From Thermoanaerobaculia bacterium (GTDB lineage Bacteria; Acidobacteriota; Thermoanaerobaculia; UBA5066): 64,000 nucleotides of DNA. Position numbers and translations under genes: made by a program. Positions 10,708 to 20,392 of the stretch are shown piece by piece. Position 1 is the first letter of the stretch. Each line of letters opens with the position of its first letter. The notes beneath the pieces are model-generated. The model had not been told where the DNA came from and made no database searches. It worked only from the letters and a program-made list of their open reading frames with translations. The stretch is from NCBI GenBank assembly GCA_963719225.1, contig CAVRAY010000001.1:3488001-3552000 (forward strand), in the 5' to 3' direction.

Positions 10708-12585
10708 ATGCGAATCCTCGCCGGCGTCGCGCTCGGCGCGGTTCTCTTTTCGGGGCCGCTTTCCGGGCAGGACCTGTCGTCCGAGGAACCGGCCCCTCCT
10801 CACGTCAAGCAGGAGGTGGCGGTCGTCGCGACGCGCCTCGACATGGCGCCCGTCTCCGCCACGGTCCGCGTGGTCACGCGGGAGGAAATCGCCGCGATGC
10901 CGGGAGTCCGCGCGCTTTCCGACGTGCTCCAGACCGTACTCGGGCTCGACGTGAGAAGGCGCGGCGCGAACGGAACGCAGGCCGACATCGGGATTCGCGG
11001 CTCGGATTTCAACGGCGCGCTGCTCCTGGTGGACGGCCAGCCCATGACGGATCCCCAGAGCGGCCACCTCTCGGCGGACTTCGACGTCCCCCTCGGAGCC
11101 ATCGAGCGGATCGAGGTCCTGGCGGGGGGCGGCTCGGCGCTGTGGGGCTCGAACGCGATCGGCGGCGTCGTGAACATCGTGACGCGCGGCGCGGATCTCG
11201 GACGGTCGAACATGCAATGCGAGACGCGCTACTCGCACGGCAGCGACTCTCTCGACGCCGGCGGCTATCGCGCCGCGATGAAGATCGGAGAGTCCTTCTC
11301 GGCGGCGGTCGACTGGCAGCGGACCGAGAACGCGGGCTTCCGCGACGACACCGAGTCCGCGTCGGGCCTGCTGCGCGTCTCCGGGCGATGGGAGACGGAC
11401 GCAGGGCCCGTCACGCTCGGTCTCGGCTACGCGAACCGGAACTTCGGCGCTTACGCGTTCTACGGGACCGCGTTCCCGAACCAGCAGGAGTCGACGCGCA
11501 CGCGCACGGCCACGCTTTCCTCGACTCTCGCCCTCGGCGGCTGGACCGTGAGCCCCTCGGCTTCCGTGCGCGCGCATCACGACGACTTCGTCCTTGAACG
11601 CAGCAACCCCTCGTTCTACGAGAACCTTCACGACACGGTCAGCTCCGTGCTGCGCGCGGCGGCGCGACACGCGCTTCTCGAAGGGACGTTCGCGTTCGGG
11701 GCGGAGGCCGCACGCGAGACGATCTCCTCCACGAACCTCGGGAGCCACGGCCGCGATCACGGCGCGCTCTTCGCCGAGTTCGCGCGCGCCTGGATCCCCG
11801 GCTCCTCCTCGGCGGCGGGCTTGCGTGCGGGGCTGCGCGCCGATCTCTACGAAGGGTACGGGTCGCGGCTCTCCCCTTACGCGGGAGTCGCCTGGGACGC
11901 CGCCCGGAACCTCACCTTCCGGGCGTCGTTCGCGTCGAGCTTCCGCGTGCCGTCGTTCACGGAGCTCTACTACGTCGACCCGCAGAACATTGGCAACCCG
12001 AACCTGAGGCCCGAGAAGGCGTGGCAGGTCGAGGGCGGGGCGGTGCTCGCCGTGGGAGCCGCCACGCTCGATGCCGCGTACTTCCACCGGCGGGCGACCG
12101 ACCTGATCGACTTCGTCCGATCGTCCCCCGACGAGCCCTGGAGGTCGCGGAACGTGCGGGACGCCGTCGTTGACGGCATCGAGGCCTCGGCCGACTGGAC
12201 CCGGAGGCGGCCCGCGTTTCTGACCCAACTTCGTGTTCAGGCTGCGTACACGTTCGTCGATCTCGCGAGTCTCTCGGAGGCGGCCGACGGAGCGACACAG
12301 GGCAAGTACGTGCTCGACCCGCTCCATGCGAAATGGGACCTCCTCGCGGGCATCGCCCTGCCGCTCCGGATCTCCCTGGCCTCGCGCCTCTCTTACTTTT
12401 CACGGCCGAGCTTCGCCGACGGTGTCTGGCTCCTCTCCGCGCGCCTCTCGTGGCAGGCCTTCCAGGGGCGCATCCTCGAGTTCTTCGTGGACGGGGAGAA
12501 CCTCGGCAATGTCCGCTACGAAGAGGTCGCCTTCGTCCCCCTGCCGCGGCGCACGGTCGCCGGGGGGTTCAATCTGACCTGGTGA
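10708..12585 (+). CDS. TonB-dependent receptor (BtuB-like)
   Basis: Signal peptide; plug motifs IRG..LLVDG and IERIEVLAGGGSALWGSNAIGGVVNIVT; GNPNLRPEK; C-terminal W. Confidence 0.92.
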   Translation: MRILAGVALGAVLFSGPLSGQDLSSEEPAPPHVKQEVAVVATRLDMAPVSATVRVVTREEIAAMPGVRALSDVLQTVLGLDVRRRGANGTQADIGIRGSDFNGALLLVDGQPMTDPQSGHLSADFDVPLGAIERIEVLAGGGSALWGSNAIGGVVNIVTRGADLGRSNMQCETRYSHGSDSLDAGGYRAAMKIGESFSAAVDWQRTENAGFRDDTESASGLLRVSGRWETDAGPVTLGLGYANRNFGAYAFYGTAFPNQQESTRTRTATLSSTLALGGWTVSPSASVRAHHDDFVLERSNPSFYENLHDTVSSVLRAAARHALLEGTFAFGAEAARETISSTNLGSHGRDHGALFAEFARAWIPGSSSAAGLRAGLRADLYEGYGSRLSPYAGVAWDAARNLTFRASFASSFRVPSFTELYYVDPQNIGNPNLRPEKAWQVEGGAVLAVGAATLDAAYFHRRATDLIDFVRSSPDEPWRSRNVRDAVVDGIEASADWTRRRPAFLTQLRVQAAYTFVDLASLSEAADGATQGKYVLDPLHAKWDLLAGIALPLRISLASRLSYFSRPSFADGVWLLSARLSWQAFQGRILEFFVDGENLGNVRYEEVAFVPLPRRTVAGGFNLTW

Positions 12586-12628
12586 AAGCGAGTACACTCG
12601 CCAGCGAGACTCGCTCTCGAGTTCGCCC

Positions 12629-13312
12629 ATGCCGACCATTCTTCTTCTCGAGGGCGCGCGGAGGCGCCTGCCCGAGGGGCCGTCCTGGCTCCGGCGGAGC
12701 GACTGGAAGCTCATCGACGTCGCCACCGCGGAAGGCACCGTGCGCGCCGTCGCCGATCACCGCCCGTCCCTCCTGATCGTGGACCTCGAGCAGGATCCCG
12801 AAGGCGCTCTCGAGACCGTCCGCGCGGTTTGCGCCGACGCCGCCGCGCGCGCGGTCCCGCTCCTCGTCCTGGCGCCGGCGGAGCGCGCCGAAGCCGTCCG
12901 CGCCGCGGGAGCGGGCCACGTCTTTCCGGAAAGCGCACCCCCGGAAGAAGTGCTCGCCGAGGTCCGCCGTCTCCTCGCCCTTCTCGAGCGCCGGGCGCCG
13001 CGCGTGAAAGTCGAGGCGTCCGTCGCGATCTGGCGCGACGGGCATCCGACCGAGGGGCGCGTCACCGACATCTCCTCGTCGGGGTTCTTCACGGCGACGA
13101 GCGAGCCTCAACCGGTCGGCGCGCGCCTCGAGATCAGCTTCAAGCTCCCCCACGACCGGTCCGGCAAGACCGTGACGGGCGAGGTCATCGTCGTGCGGCG
13201 CGCCGAAGGGCCGGAGTCCGGGTTCGGTGCCCGTTTCTTCCGGCTGCCGCAGACCGCGAGCCAGCTCATCGACGACTACCTCGCACCGCGAACGAAACAG
13301 TCGAAGATCTAG
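12629..13312 (+). CDS. Receiver-like domain fused to PilZ (c-di-GMP-binding) domain
   Basis: PSLLIVD receiver-like core; RRAPR (RxxxR) and DISSSG (DxSxxG) PilZ motifs. Confidence 0.8.
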   Translation: MPTILLLEGARRRLPEGPSWLRRSDWKLIDVATAEGTVRAVADHRPSLLIVDLEQDPEGALETVRAVCADAAARAVPLLVLAPAERAEAVRAAGAGHVFPESAPPEEVLAEVRRLLALLERRAPRVKVEASVAIWRDGHPTEGRVTDISSSGFFTATSEPQPVGARLEISFKLPHDRSGKTVTGEVIVVRRAEGPESGFGARFFRLPQTASQLIDDYLAPRTKQSKI

Positions 13313-13755
13313 AGCGGACGCGCCGGCGGGACGGCCGACAGGTCGACGAGGCGGATGCCGACGCGGTCGGCGTAATCGTGGATGCGCGGCTCCCTATAGA
13401 ACTCGCCGAAGTAAACGGCGACGAGCCCCGCGTTCGCGATGAGCTTGAAGCAGTGCCAGCAGGGCGAGGCCGTCGTGTAGATCTCGCCACCCTCGATGCG
13501 GACACCGTTCATCGCCGCCTGGAGGATCGCGTTCGCCTCGGCGTGGACGGTCGCGATGCAGTGCCCGTCCTCCATGAGGCAGCCCACCTCGTCGCAGTGC
13601 GGCAGGCCCCGAAGCGAGCCGTTGTACCCCGTCGACAGAAGCCTCTTGTCGCGCACGATCACCGCGCCGACGTGCTTGCGCGGGCACGTGGCCCGGCTCG
13701 CCACCTCTCCGGCGATGTTCATGAAGTAGCGGTGCCAATCGACGCGCTCCGTCAT
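13309..13755 (-). CDS. dCMP/cytidylate deaminase family protein
   Basis: RATCPRKHVGAVIV, GYNG, HAEANA, PCWHC zinc motifs; own ATG at 13755. Confidence 0.92.
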   Translation of the reverse strand: MTERVDWHRYFMNIAGEVASRATCPRKHVGAVIVRDKRLLSTGYNGSLRGLPHCDEVGCLMEDGHCIATVHAEANAILQAAMNGVRIEGGEIYTTASPCWHCFKLIANAGLVAVYFGEFYREPRIHDYADRVGIRLVDLSAVPPARPL

Positions 13756-13760
13756 GTCGC

Positions 13761-15570
13761 TCACCAGCCGACCGGCTTCCCCTTGTTCTGCTCGTCCAGC
13801 CACTTCTGAAGCGGGGCGAAGTAGTCGCGGATCGCGCCGGCGTCCATCTGCTTCTGTCCCGTCAGCGTCGCGAGGGCTTCGGGCCACGGGCGGCTCGTGC
13901 CCATCGACAGCATCGCGTTCAGGCGGCTTCCCGCCTCCTTGTTCCCGTAGATCGAGCAGCGGTTGAGCGGGCCCTTGCAGCCCGCGATCCCCGCGAGCGC
14001 GCGATGAAACTGGAACTGGAGGATGTCCGCCAGAAAGTAGCGCATGTAGGGCACGTTGCCGGCCACGTGGATACTTCGCGCCCGGGTCGAAATCCTCCTC
14101 GCTCCGCGCCACCGGCGGCGCGATTCCCTGATATTTCCGCCGCAGCTCCCACCACGCCTCGTTGTATTTCTCCGGCGGAATCTGCCCGGAGAAGACCTTC
14201 CAGCGCCACTGGTCGATCACGAGCCCGAACGGCAGGAACGCGATCTTCTCGAGCGCCCTGTCGAGAAGAAGACCGATGTCCTTCGACGCGTCCGGCGCCT
14301 TCTCGAGGAGGCCGAGCTTCACGAGGTATTCCGGCGTGACGGAGAGCGCGATCGTGTCGCCGACGGCCTCGTGGAAGCCGTCGTTGGCGCTGTCGCGGAA
14401 GAGGTACGGCTGCTCGTTGTACGCGCGCTGGTAAAAATTGTGGCCGAGCTCGTGATGGATCGTGCTGAAGTCCTCGGCCGTGGGCTCGATGCACATCTTG
14501 AGGCGCAGGTCGTTGAGGTAGTCGATGTCCCAGGCGCTCGCGTGACAGACGACCTCGCGGTCCCGCGGCTTCACGAAGAGCGACCGCTTCCAGAACGTCT
14601 CGGGCAGCGGCGCGAAGCCGAGAGACGTAAAGAACCCCTCGCCGTACTTCACCATCTGCTGGTCGTTCGTCTTGCGGCCCTTGAGGATCTGCGTCAGGTC
14701 GTATCCGGGGTCCGCGCCGGCCGGCGCCACGAGCGGGTAGATGTTTCCCCACTCCTGCGCCCACATGTTGCCGAGGAGATGCGCGGGGATCGGACCGCTC
14801 GCACTGACGCGATCGCCGTACTTCTCGCGCAGCTTCGCGCGAACGTAGGCATGGAGGGAGAGGTAGAGCGGCTTCACCTGCTCCCAGAGGCGGTCGAGCT
14901 CCGCCTCGAAGGCTTCCGGCGGCATGTCGTACTTGGACCGCCACATCGCGCCGGTGTCGGCGAAGCCCAGCTCTTTCGCGCCCTTGTTCGCGAGCGCGAC
15001 GTACGTGATGAAGTCCTTCCGCATGGGACGCGAGATGGAGTGCCAGCCCGTCCAGGCGTCGAGGAGCTCGTCGTAGTTGCGACTCGACGCGAGGACCTTC
15101 GAGAGGTCGCCGAGGTCGCGGCACTCCTCCTTCCCGTCCTTTCCCTTGCGGCAGGATTTCCCCTTGCCGTAGAGGCCCTCCATCCGGGAGGCGATGCGCG
15201 TCAGCTGCTCGCTCTCCTTCGGGTCCGAGGGCGTCGCGAGCGTGAGCCCGTTCTTCAGGAGCCGCATCTTGCGGGCGAGCGCTTCCGGCAGCGCCAGCTT
15301 GTCGAACCGCACGGACTGTTTCGCGAGCTCGACGGCCGCGTTGATCGCGCGCTCGTCGGCCTTCGCCGCGAGAAGCTCGGTGTCCTCGGTGATGAAGTTG
15401 ATCTTCACCCAGTCCGCGCGCCCCGCCTCGACGAAGAGCTGCAGCAGGCGCCCTTCGGCGTTCGCCAGGAACGTCTCCGCCTCGACCGCAGTCGGGGGCG
15501 GCGCGGGCTGGGCCGCGGCGGGAAAGACGACGGACGCGAGGAGCAGGACGAACGTGCGGAAGCGCTTCAT
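13761..15570 (-). pseudogene. Peptidase M2 (ACE-like peptidyl-dipeptidase) with a single +1 frameshift near 14070 (real lesion or sequencing error)
   Basis: [30 protein letters not shown]; the continuation [17 protein letters not shown] lies in another frame (13761..14066). Confidence 0.85.
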
Positions 15571-15617
15571 GACGCGATCGTAGCAAGCCCCCGCCGGGAC
15601 TCAGTAAGATGCGGCAA

Positions 15618-16841
15618 ATGGACAACCGCCGCGTCGTCGTGACGGGCCTCGGGGCCGTGACGTCTCTCGGGAACGACCTCGCGTCGACCTGGGACTCTCT
15701 CGTCGCCGGGCGCTGCGGCATCGGCCCCATCACGCTCTTCGATGCCTCGGCCTTCCGCACGCAGCTCGCGGCGGAGGTCAAGGAGCTGCCCGGGGGCTTC
15801 GACCCCGCGCTCCGGCGCCGCCTCTCCCGCACGGACGTCATCGGCCTCACGGCGGCGGCCGAAGCGCTCGCCGACGCCGGCCTCGATCTGGGCCGCGAGG
15901 ATCCATCGCGCATCGGGGTCGTCCTCGGCGGGGGCGTGTCCGGGCTTCTCGACAGCGAGAACTATTTCCGCGATCTCGTCACGCGGGGGCCCCGCCGGGC
16001 ACGTCCCACGCAGGTCCTCAATCACCCGCCCGACCAGACGACCGACCGCATCGCCGAGCGCTGGGGCTTCCTCGGCCCGCGCTCGACGATCACGACCGCG
16101 TGCTCGTCCTCGGCGACTTCGCTCGGCTATGCCGCCGACCTCATCCGCCACGGTTTCTGCGACGTCGTCGTGACGGGCGGCGCCGACACGTTCGCGAGAC
16201 TGACGCACGGCGGCTTCAACGCGCTTCGCTCCGTCGACCCCGATCCCTGCCGCCCGTTCGACAGGCGCCGCAAGGGGCTTTCGATCGGGGAGGCCGCGGG
16301 CCTTCTCGTCTTCGAGGAGGAAGGCCGCGCGCGCCGCCGGGGAGCGCGGATCCGCGCCCGCTTCCTCGGCTACGGCGTCACGTCCGACGCGCACCACATG
16401 ACGCAGCCCGAGCCGACGGGCGAAGCCGGCGCCCGAACGATCAGCGCGTGCCTCGTGGCCTCCTCCCTGAACCCGGGCGACGTGGACTACGTGAACGCCC
16501 ACGGAACCGCGACCCCGCAGAACGACTCGGCCGAGACGGCGTCGATCAAGCGGGCGCTCGGGCCGCGCGCGCGGGAGATCCCCGTCTCGTCGATCAAGTC
16601 GATGCTCGGCCACTGCCTCTGCTCGGCAGGGGCCATCGAGGCGGTCGCGACCGTCCGCACGATCGAGACCGGCCTCGTGCCGCCCACGATCCACTGGGAA
16701 GAGCCGGACCCCGAGTGCGACCTCGACATCGTCCCGAACACGGCCCGGGAAGCGCGCGTCAGGATCGCGCTCTCGAACTCCTTCGCGTTCGGCGGGAACT
16801 CGACGGTCGTGGCGTTCGGGCAGTTCGAAGGGAGGGTCTAG
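15618..16841 (+). CDS. fabF: Beta-ketoacyl-ACP synthase (FabF-like KS), catalytically intact
   Basis: VVVTGLG, TACSSS, NAHGTAT, KSMLGH, SNSFAFGG. Confidence 0.9.
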   Translation: MDNRRVVVTGLGAVTSLGNDLASTWDSLVAGRCGIGPITLFDASAFRTQLAAEVKELPGGFDPALRRRLSRTDVIGLTAAAEALADAGLDLGREDPSRIGVVLGGGVSGLLDSENYFRDLVTRGPRRARPTQVLNHPPDQTTDRIAERWGFLGPRSTITTACSSSATSLGYAADLIRHGFCDVVVTGGADTFARLTHGGFNALRSVDPDPCRPFDRRRKGLSIGEAAGLLVFEEEGRARRRGARIRARFLGYGVTSDAHHMTQPEPTGEAGARTISACLVASSLNPGDVDYVNAHGTATPQNDSAETASIKRALGPRAREIPVSSIKSMLGHCLCSAGAIEAVATVRTIETGLVPPTIHWEEPDPECDLDIVPNTAREARVRIALSNSFAFGGNSTVVAFGQFEGRV

Positions 16842-16844
16842 GCC

Positions 16845-17285
16845 TTACTTCTCGGCCGCCTTCACGATCTCGTCCGCCGTCATCGGGCCGCGCGCGAGCG
16901 TGTCGGTGTGCGTTCCCATGAATTGCCGGAACTCGAACGCCGCTTTGAGCCCCGTCGCGAGCCCCTTCTGCTTCGAGATCGCCTCGACCTTCTTGTCCAC
17001 CTCCGCCTGCTTCGCATCGTCGAGCTGAGGAGTGATCGCGACGAAGTCCCAGCTGGCGCCGTCCTGATGCACGTACCACTGCGTGGCCGGCCCTCCGGCC
17101 TCCTTCGCGACCGCTTCCTGCTTCGCCATCCACTTCAGGAACTCGACGTGCTTTCCGGCCGCCACCTGGTACATCGACACGATGTTCAAACCCGGCTTCT
17201 TTTCCTGGGCCATGGCCGCCGAGGTCCAGCCGCACACGACGAGCAAACAGGCCACGATCGACAGACATCCGATGACACGCTTCAT
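16845..17285 (-). CDS. Secreted hypothetical protein (146 aa)
   Basis: Signal peptide ending AMA-Q; GGAG precedes the start; protein-like composition. Confidence 0.75.
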   Translation of the reverse strand: MKRVIGCLSIVACLLVVCGWTSAAMAQEKKPGLNIVSMYQVAAGKHVEFLKWMAKQEAVAKEAGGPATQWYVHQDGASWDFVAITPQLDDAKQAEVDKKVEAISKQKGLATGLKAAFEFRQFMGTHTDTLARGPMTADEIVKAAEK

Positions 17286-17397
17286 GGAAAACTCCTTTTC
17301 CGCTTTCGCGGGCCGCTTCAGATCGGGCCACCATGTCGCGGCAGAGACCCAGTGTCAACACCGAAAACGATGCCACCGCCCGTGTACGATCCTGTGA

Positions 17398-18501
17398 ATG
17401 CGCGCTCCCGTCATCACAGGAGAGTCCGCGGTCACCGCGCTCGGCCGGACTCTCGCCGAGACGCGTGCCGCGCTGGCCGCCGGGCGCTCCGCCGTGGCCC
17501 CGGTCGAGGACGACGGCGCGCCGCCGGCCTCCGAGCGATCTCCCGCCGCCCGCATCGGCGCATTCACGACGGAGCCGGAGCTGCCGAAGAGCAAGGCGCG
17601 GCGCCTCGATCGCGGCAGCCAGTACGCCGTCGTGGCGGTGAAGCAGGTGCTGGCCGACGCTCTCTACACCGTCGCGGGACGCGAGGAGCGGACCGGCATT
17701 CTCCTCGGCACCGGGTCGGCCGGCGTCGGTCCTCTCGTCGAGTTCGAAAGGCAGATGGCCGTCGAATCGCCGGACGCCGCGTCCCCGTTTCTCTTTCCGA
17801 ACACGGTGGCGAACGCGCCGGCCTCCCAGGCCGCGATCGAAGTCGGCATCAAGGGCCCGAACGTGACGATCACCCAGAAGGACCCGGCGGCGCTGAACGC
17901 GCTGTTCTACGCCCGGATGCTCCTCGCGGACGGACGGGCGGACGCCCTCCTCGTGGGCGCGGCCGACGAGTGGAACCTCGTCTACCACCGCGCGTACGAG
18001 CGCGTGCGCGCCACGCGCACCGGCACGCGCCCCGGCTTCGTCCTCGGCGAAGGCGCGGCCGTCGTCCTCGTCGAGGACGAGACGGCGGCCCGGGCGCGGG
18101 GAGCCCGGATCGACGCGCGAATCGCCGGCCTCGCGTCGCGCGGCGCGGCGCTCTCGCCCCAGAAGAGGCGTGCCGACCCGGCGATCCTCGCCGCCGCCAT
18201 TCGGGACGCCCTCGGAGAGGCCGGGATCGCGCCTTCCGGAATCGGCCTCGTCCATCTCTCGCGGAACGGCTCGCCGTTCACGGACGAGGCCGAGAGCGCC
18301 GCGCTCACGGACGTCTTCGGCGGCACGCCCCCGCGGCTTTCGGCCGTGAAGGACAGCCTCGGCGAAAACCCCGCGATCGGGGCGATCCAGATCGCGCTCG
18401 CGGCCGCGGAGCTGCGCGAGGACCCCGGACTCGGCGCGGTCCTGATCGACGCGTTCGGCGCGGGCGGCAACGTCCTCGCGGCGGTGCTCACGGCGCCATG
18501 A
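17398..18501 (+). CDS. Catalytically degenerate ketosynthase homolog (chain-length-factor-like)
   Basis: KS fold motifs (SPFLFPNTVANA, GFVLGEGA), but TITQKDPAA replaces TACSS and both His motifs are lost. Confidence 0.82.
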   Translation: MRAPVITGESAVTALGRTLAETRAALAAGRSAVAPVEDDGAPPASERSPAARIGAFTTEPELPKSKARRLDRGSQYAVVAVKQVLADALYTVAGREERTGILLGTGSAGVGPLVEFERQMAVESPDAASPFLFPNTVANAPASQAAIEVGIKGPNVTITQKDPAALNALFYARMLLADGRADALLVGAADEWNLVYHRAYERVRATRTGTRPGFVLGEGAAVVLVEDETAARARGARIDARIAGLASRGAALSPQKRRADPAILAAAIRDALGEAGIAPSGIGLVHLSRNGSPFTDEAESAALTDVFGGTPPRLSAVKDSLGENPAIGAIQIALAAAELREDPGLGAVLIDAFGAGGNVLAAVLTAP

Positions 18502-18965
18502 CGGCCCGGGCCTTCACGACGTCTTTCGACGTCCGCTTCCCCGAGGTGGACTCGTACGGGGTCGTCTGGCACGGCCACTACATCCTGTATTTCGAGGTCG
18601 CGCGAAACGCGCTGTGCGCCGCGTTCGGGCTCACCCCGGGAGACGCGCTCGCCCACGGCTACAAGGTGCCGATCACGAAGGTCGAGCTGAACCTCAAGAG
18701 GTCCGCGAAGCTCGACGACCGGCTGGAGGTCGCCGCCGTCCTCGCGCCGGCCGCGACGGCGAAGCTCGCGATGGCTTACGAGATCCGCCGCCTTCCCGAG
18801 CGCACGCTGCTCGCGACCGGGACGACGGAGCAGGTGATCCTGAATCCCGAGGGCGAGCTGCTGCTGACGCTCCCGTTGCCGGTGAAGACTCTCGTCGCGC
18901 GCGTGCTCGCGTTCCAGCGCGGCGAAGCGGATCCGGATCCCTCCAAGATCCTCCCGCCTCGCTGA
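18498..18965 (+). CDS. Hot-dog fold acyl-CoA/ACP thioesterase (YbgC/4HBT family)
   Basis: VRFPEVDSYGVVWHGHYILYFEVAR; ATGA overlap with the upstream gene. Confidence 0.88.
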   Translation: MTARAFTTSFDVRFPEVDSYGVVWHGHYILYFEVARNALCAAFGLTPGDALAHGYKVPITKVELNLKRSAKLDDRLEVAAVLAPAATAKLAMAYEIRRLPERTLLATGTTEQVILNPEGELLLTLPLPVKTLVARVLAFQRGEADPDPSKILPPR

Positions 18966-18968
18966 GCT

Positions 18969-20351
18969 TCAGGATCTCTTCGGGAAAGTCGCGACCGCGC
19001 GCGTCGGCTCGCCGGGCGACGAGGACAGCGTCAGCGTCCCGCCGTGCGCGCGCACGATCCGTTCGGCGATCGGAAGGCCGAGCCCGGTGCCCGCGGGCTT
19101 CGTGGACACGAAGAGTCTGAAGACATCGGCGGTCTTCGCGGGCGGGACGCCCGGGCCTCGGTCGGCGATCGTGAGCCGCCAGAAGCTTCCCGCGTCCTCG
19201 ACCCTCACTTCGACCTCGCGGGCCGCGGCGCCCTCCGCCTCCACGGCATCGAGCGCGTTCCCGACGAGGTTGAGGACCACCTGGCGTACGCGCCCTGGGT
19301 CCAGGAGCGCGGGCGCGCCTTCGGCATGGGGCAAGAACGTCAGGCGGATGTGGCGGCGGGAGGCTTCCGGCTCCAGGAACGACACCGCCTCGCGCGCCGT
19401 TTCATTCAGGTCGGCGGGAACGGGGCTCAGCGGCGACGGGCGCGCGTACGAGAGAAAGTCCGTGAGCAGCCGCGCGAGCCGGCTCGTCTCGACGCGGGCG
19501 GCCTGGGCAAGCTCCGCGGCCGAAGCCGCGTGCGAACCTTCGCGGCGGCCCGCGGCCGGATGCACGAGCTTCTCCTCGAGGAGCTCGAGGTTGAGGCCCA
19601 TCGCGTTCAGGGGATTCCGGATCTCGTGCGCGAGGCCCGCCGCCACCTCGCCGAGCTCGGCGCGCCGCTCGGCCTCGACGCGTGCCTCCTCGACGCGCCG
19701 CGTGCGTCGATAGAGGAGGATCACCGCCGCGGACGCCGCGAGAATCCCGAGGAACGAAACGACGGCCGCCGCGGCCGTCTTGAGGTAGAGCTCGCGGCGG
19801 AGCTTCTCGACGCGCTCGGCCAGGACGCGGCGCGAGACGCCGAAGCGCAGCACGGCGAAGTCGCCGACGGGCACCTCCATGTCGTAGGGATCGGTCTCGG
19901 GCGCCTCGAGACTGTAGCTGCGCGCGGTCGTGCCGGGTTCGGCGGGCTTCACGTCGAGGACCCTCGACCCCTCGGCGCCGACCTGGGCCTTGCGGTCGGG
20001 GACGGTGAGCGTGCCGCGATACGAATAGAGGACTTCCTTCTTCGCGCTGTCCAGGACCTCGACCTCCGTGAGGATCTGGCGCTCCGAGAGCCCGGTCGTG
20101 ACGAGCCGGTCGATCTCCGTCTGCTTCAGCTTCAGGACGAAAGGGTCTCCCGACGAGCGCTCCGCGATGCCGCGCGCGAGCCGCTCGGCGTCGAGCTTCG
20201 TGTGGAGGATCGCGTCGTTGACGACGTCCCTGGAAAGCGACTTGAAGAGGAGATGCCCGAAGAGCACCACGGCTCCCGCCGTCAGAAAGCCGAGGACCGC
20301 GAGGACGAGGGTCAGGGAGCGCCGGAAGGACCGGGCGTCGAGATCGGACAC
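18969..20351 (-). CDS. Membrane sensor histidine kinase
   Basis: Two TM segments; H-box LAHEIRNPL; NLVGNALDA; DRGPG; GTGLGL. Confidence 0.9.
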   Translation of the reverse strand: MSDLDARSFRRSLTLVLAVLGFLTAGAVVLFGHLLFKSLSRDVVNDAILHTKLDAERLARGIAERSSGDPFVLKLKQTEIDRLVTTGLSERQILTEVEVLDSAKKEVLYSYRGTLTVPDRKAQVGAEGSRVLDVKPAEPGTTARSYSLEAPETDPYDMEVPVGDFAVLRFGVSRRVLAERVEKLRRELYLKTAAAAVVSFLGILAASAAVILLYRRTRRVEEARVEAERRAELGEVAAGLAHEIRNPLNAMGLNLELLEEKLVHPAAGRREGSHAASAAELAQAARVETSRLARLLTDFLSYARPSPLSPVPADLNETAREAVSFLEPEASRRHIRLTFLPHAEGAPALLDPGRVRQVVLNLVGNALDAVEAEGAAAREVEVRVEDAGSFWRLTIADRGPGVPPAKTADVFRLFVSTKPAGTGLGLPIAERIVRAHGGTLTLSSSPGEPTRAVATFPKRS

Positions 20352-20392
20352 GACCGGAGTGTATCGGGACTCCGGTCGTGCCGATGCCGCGA

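Noticed and set aside
13309-15570. Genuine ACE-dCMP deaminase fusion or programmed frameshift
   Set aside because: Explained by one extra base; the native peptidase C-terminus is intact in another frame and no slippery site is present.
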